Shown piece after piece: positions 62,861 to 64,000 of a stretch of DNA of 64,000 bases. A program made the position numbers and the translations under genes. Source of the stretch: Nitrospiraceae bacterium (GTDB taxonomy: Bacteria; Nitrospirota; Nitrospiria; Nitrospirales; Nitrospiraceae); contig JBFWWG010000008.1 in NCBI GenBank assembly GCA_050246315.1, positions 32,001 through 96,000 of the forward strand. The letters are read 5' to 3'. How positions within the stretch are numbered: the first letter of the stretch is position 1; each line of letters starts with the position of its first letter. Under the pieces are notes generated by a model, which saw only the letters and a list, made by a program, of their open reading frames with translations, had not been told where the DNA came from and searched no databases.

Positions 62861-62876
62861 TGCATAGAAAGTGCCG
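62861..62876 (-). promoter_or_regulatory. Possible sigma-54 (-24/-12) promoter
   Basis: CGGCAC-TTTCT-ATGCA on the minus strand, correct GG/GC spacing, ~95 bp upstream of the ORF. Confidence 0.45.
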
Positions 62877-63314
62877 AACAGACCTGTATGCCCTCACTGG
62901 AAATGGCATCATTTCTTTTCCCGTATCGATGTTGAACTTAGATATTGAGACACCTCTGCGGTGATCGCTTCCATGAAAAGCTCTGGAGCAACATTTTCTG
63001 TATCGGTTCAGATACGGCGAGTATCCATCTCGATACACATGTAAAATGATCGGAAGAGATGCCGCAATGCGATGAGGAACGAGCAGGACTCGACGCCTTG
63101 ACTATCCGCCAAAGGCGCTCAGTCAAAGCACCGATGAGTAGAATGGGCTATCGATGGTTTGGGACGGAAGGAACCTGGATTGGACTCCCGATTCGGCTCT
63201 GACGCGATGGCGCGAGCCTGCGTCACAGGAACCGAATCCAGGTGGATCAGGATGTGCTATCGCTCTCGACACCACAGAATGGGATAACGATCGGTACTCT
63301 CTCGTCGATGACGG

Positions 63315-64000
63315 TCACCGCTCTGTCGCATCGTTCTTTTCGCTCGATGGCGGATTCAAGGCCGTCAGTTCCAGCCCCTCGATCTCTTTCAATGATTTGC
63401 CCGCGATGCCCTGAAGATCGCCGTACATGCCGACCGTGGCCTGCATGACCCGCTCGATCTGTTCCTCGCGCTTGGCCCACTGTTTGGTGATCGCCTTCTT
63501 CTCCTTGTCCAAATCTTCCCGCATGGTTGAAAAGGCTTCGACGATCGCCTCGACCCGGTGGCGAAACCGCGGTCCGGTCAGATAGTCGTAGATCATCTCC
63601 ATCTTGGTCTGCTGACCTTCGGAGGCCTGCCGGGCCGCCGCCACCTCGATGAGCCTCTGCCGGAGCGCCATCGCGACCGGCAGCACGACCCTCGGATGGA
63701 CCACCCAGACGCCGTCCACCAAGTCAAAAGACTCAACTCCTTTGGGCAGTACCTGACTGACCATCACCGAGAGTTCCGCCTTGGCCGTCCGCTGATCCTC
63801 GCGCAACTTGGCCAGCCAGCCGTCGCTCCAGTTCTTGGTCCGTTTGGATTCCCAGAGAATGCTCCCGCAGGATTGACCGAGCGGACCGATGACGATCTGA
63901 AGCACATCGCCGCCATGTTCACCCTTTGGTATCGGTTGGATCGTATCGCGCGGGAAGGTGGCGCCGAGCAACGCCTCAAGTTCCAATTCCTGGACCTCTC
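63315..64000 (-). CDS. DUF2130 domain-containing protein (partial, runs off right edge)
   Basis: EVQELELE, KGEHGGD, ILWESKRTKNWSDGW, GMYGDLQGIAG. Confidence 0.88.
   Translation of the reverse strand, partial: EVQELELEALLGATFPRDTIQPIPKGEHGGDVLQIVIGPLGQSCGSILWESKRTKNWSDGWLAKLREDQRTAKAELSVMVSQVLPKGVESFDLVDGVWVVHPRVVLPVAMALRQRLIEVAAARQASEGQQTKMEMIYDYLTGPRFRHRVEAIVEAFSTMREDLDKEKKAITKQWAKREEQIERVMQATVGMYGDLQGIAGKSLKEIEGLELTALNPPSSEKNDATER

Noticed and set aside
62877..63314. Short ORFs between the unknown operon and DUF2130
   Set aside because: No clear RBS or motifs; more likely a regulatory region.

Overview
Bacterial chromosomal window, probably Nitrospira/Nitrospirota (inferred from gene order and content, not proven). 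Positions 1-29.1 kb hold a large minus-strand surface-polysaccharide locus: PEP-CTERM/XrtA-type export genes (two wza, OM barrel, wzc, priming sugar transferase, deacetylase), a Wzm/Wzt ABC exporter, a CDP-sugar/C-methyltransferase pathway and unusual tailoring enzymes, headed by a PilZ gene and a divergent LuxR regulator. Positions 30-49 kb are mostly housekeeping (glgA, recO, mgtE, era, ftsB, eno, gatCAB with panD, glmS, glmU, tmk, holB), with two palindromic MITE/REP-like elements between eno and gatB. A ~4.7 kb plastic zone lies between holB and metG. It holds a complete integron (intI, attI, two canonical attC sites; FRG, TIR and membrane-protein cassettes). Abutting it is an array of DNA segments that all end at exactly the same motif (GACCCCGTTAC) and carry a duplicated holB 3' end and a hicB/frameshifted hicA pair. 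This motif-anchored array is the most unusual feature of the window. The right end has metG, ftsH, HAD, methyltransferase and CDF genes, a small unknown operon encoding a WxNPDG-repeat protein, and a partial DUF2130 gene.
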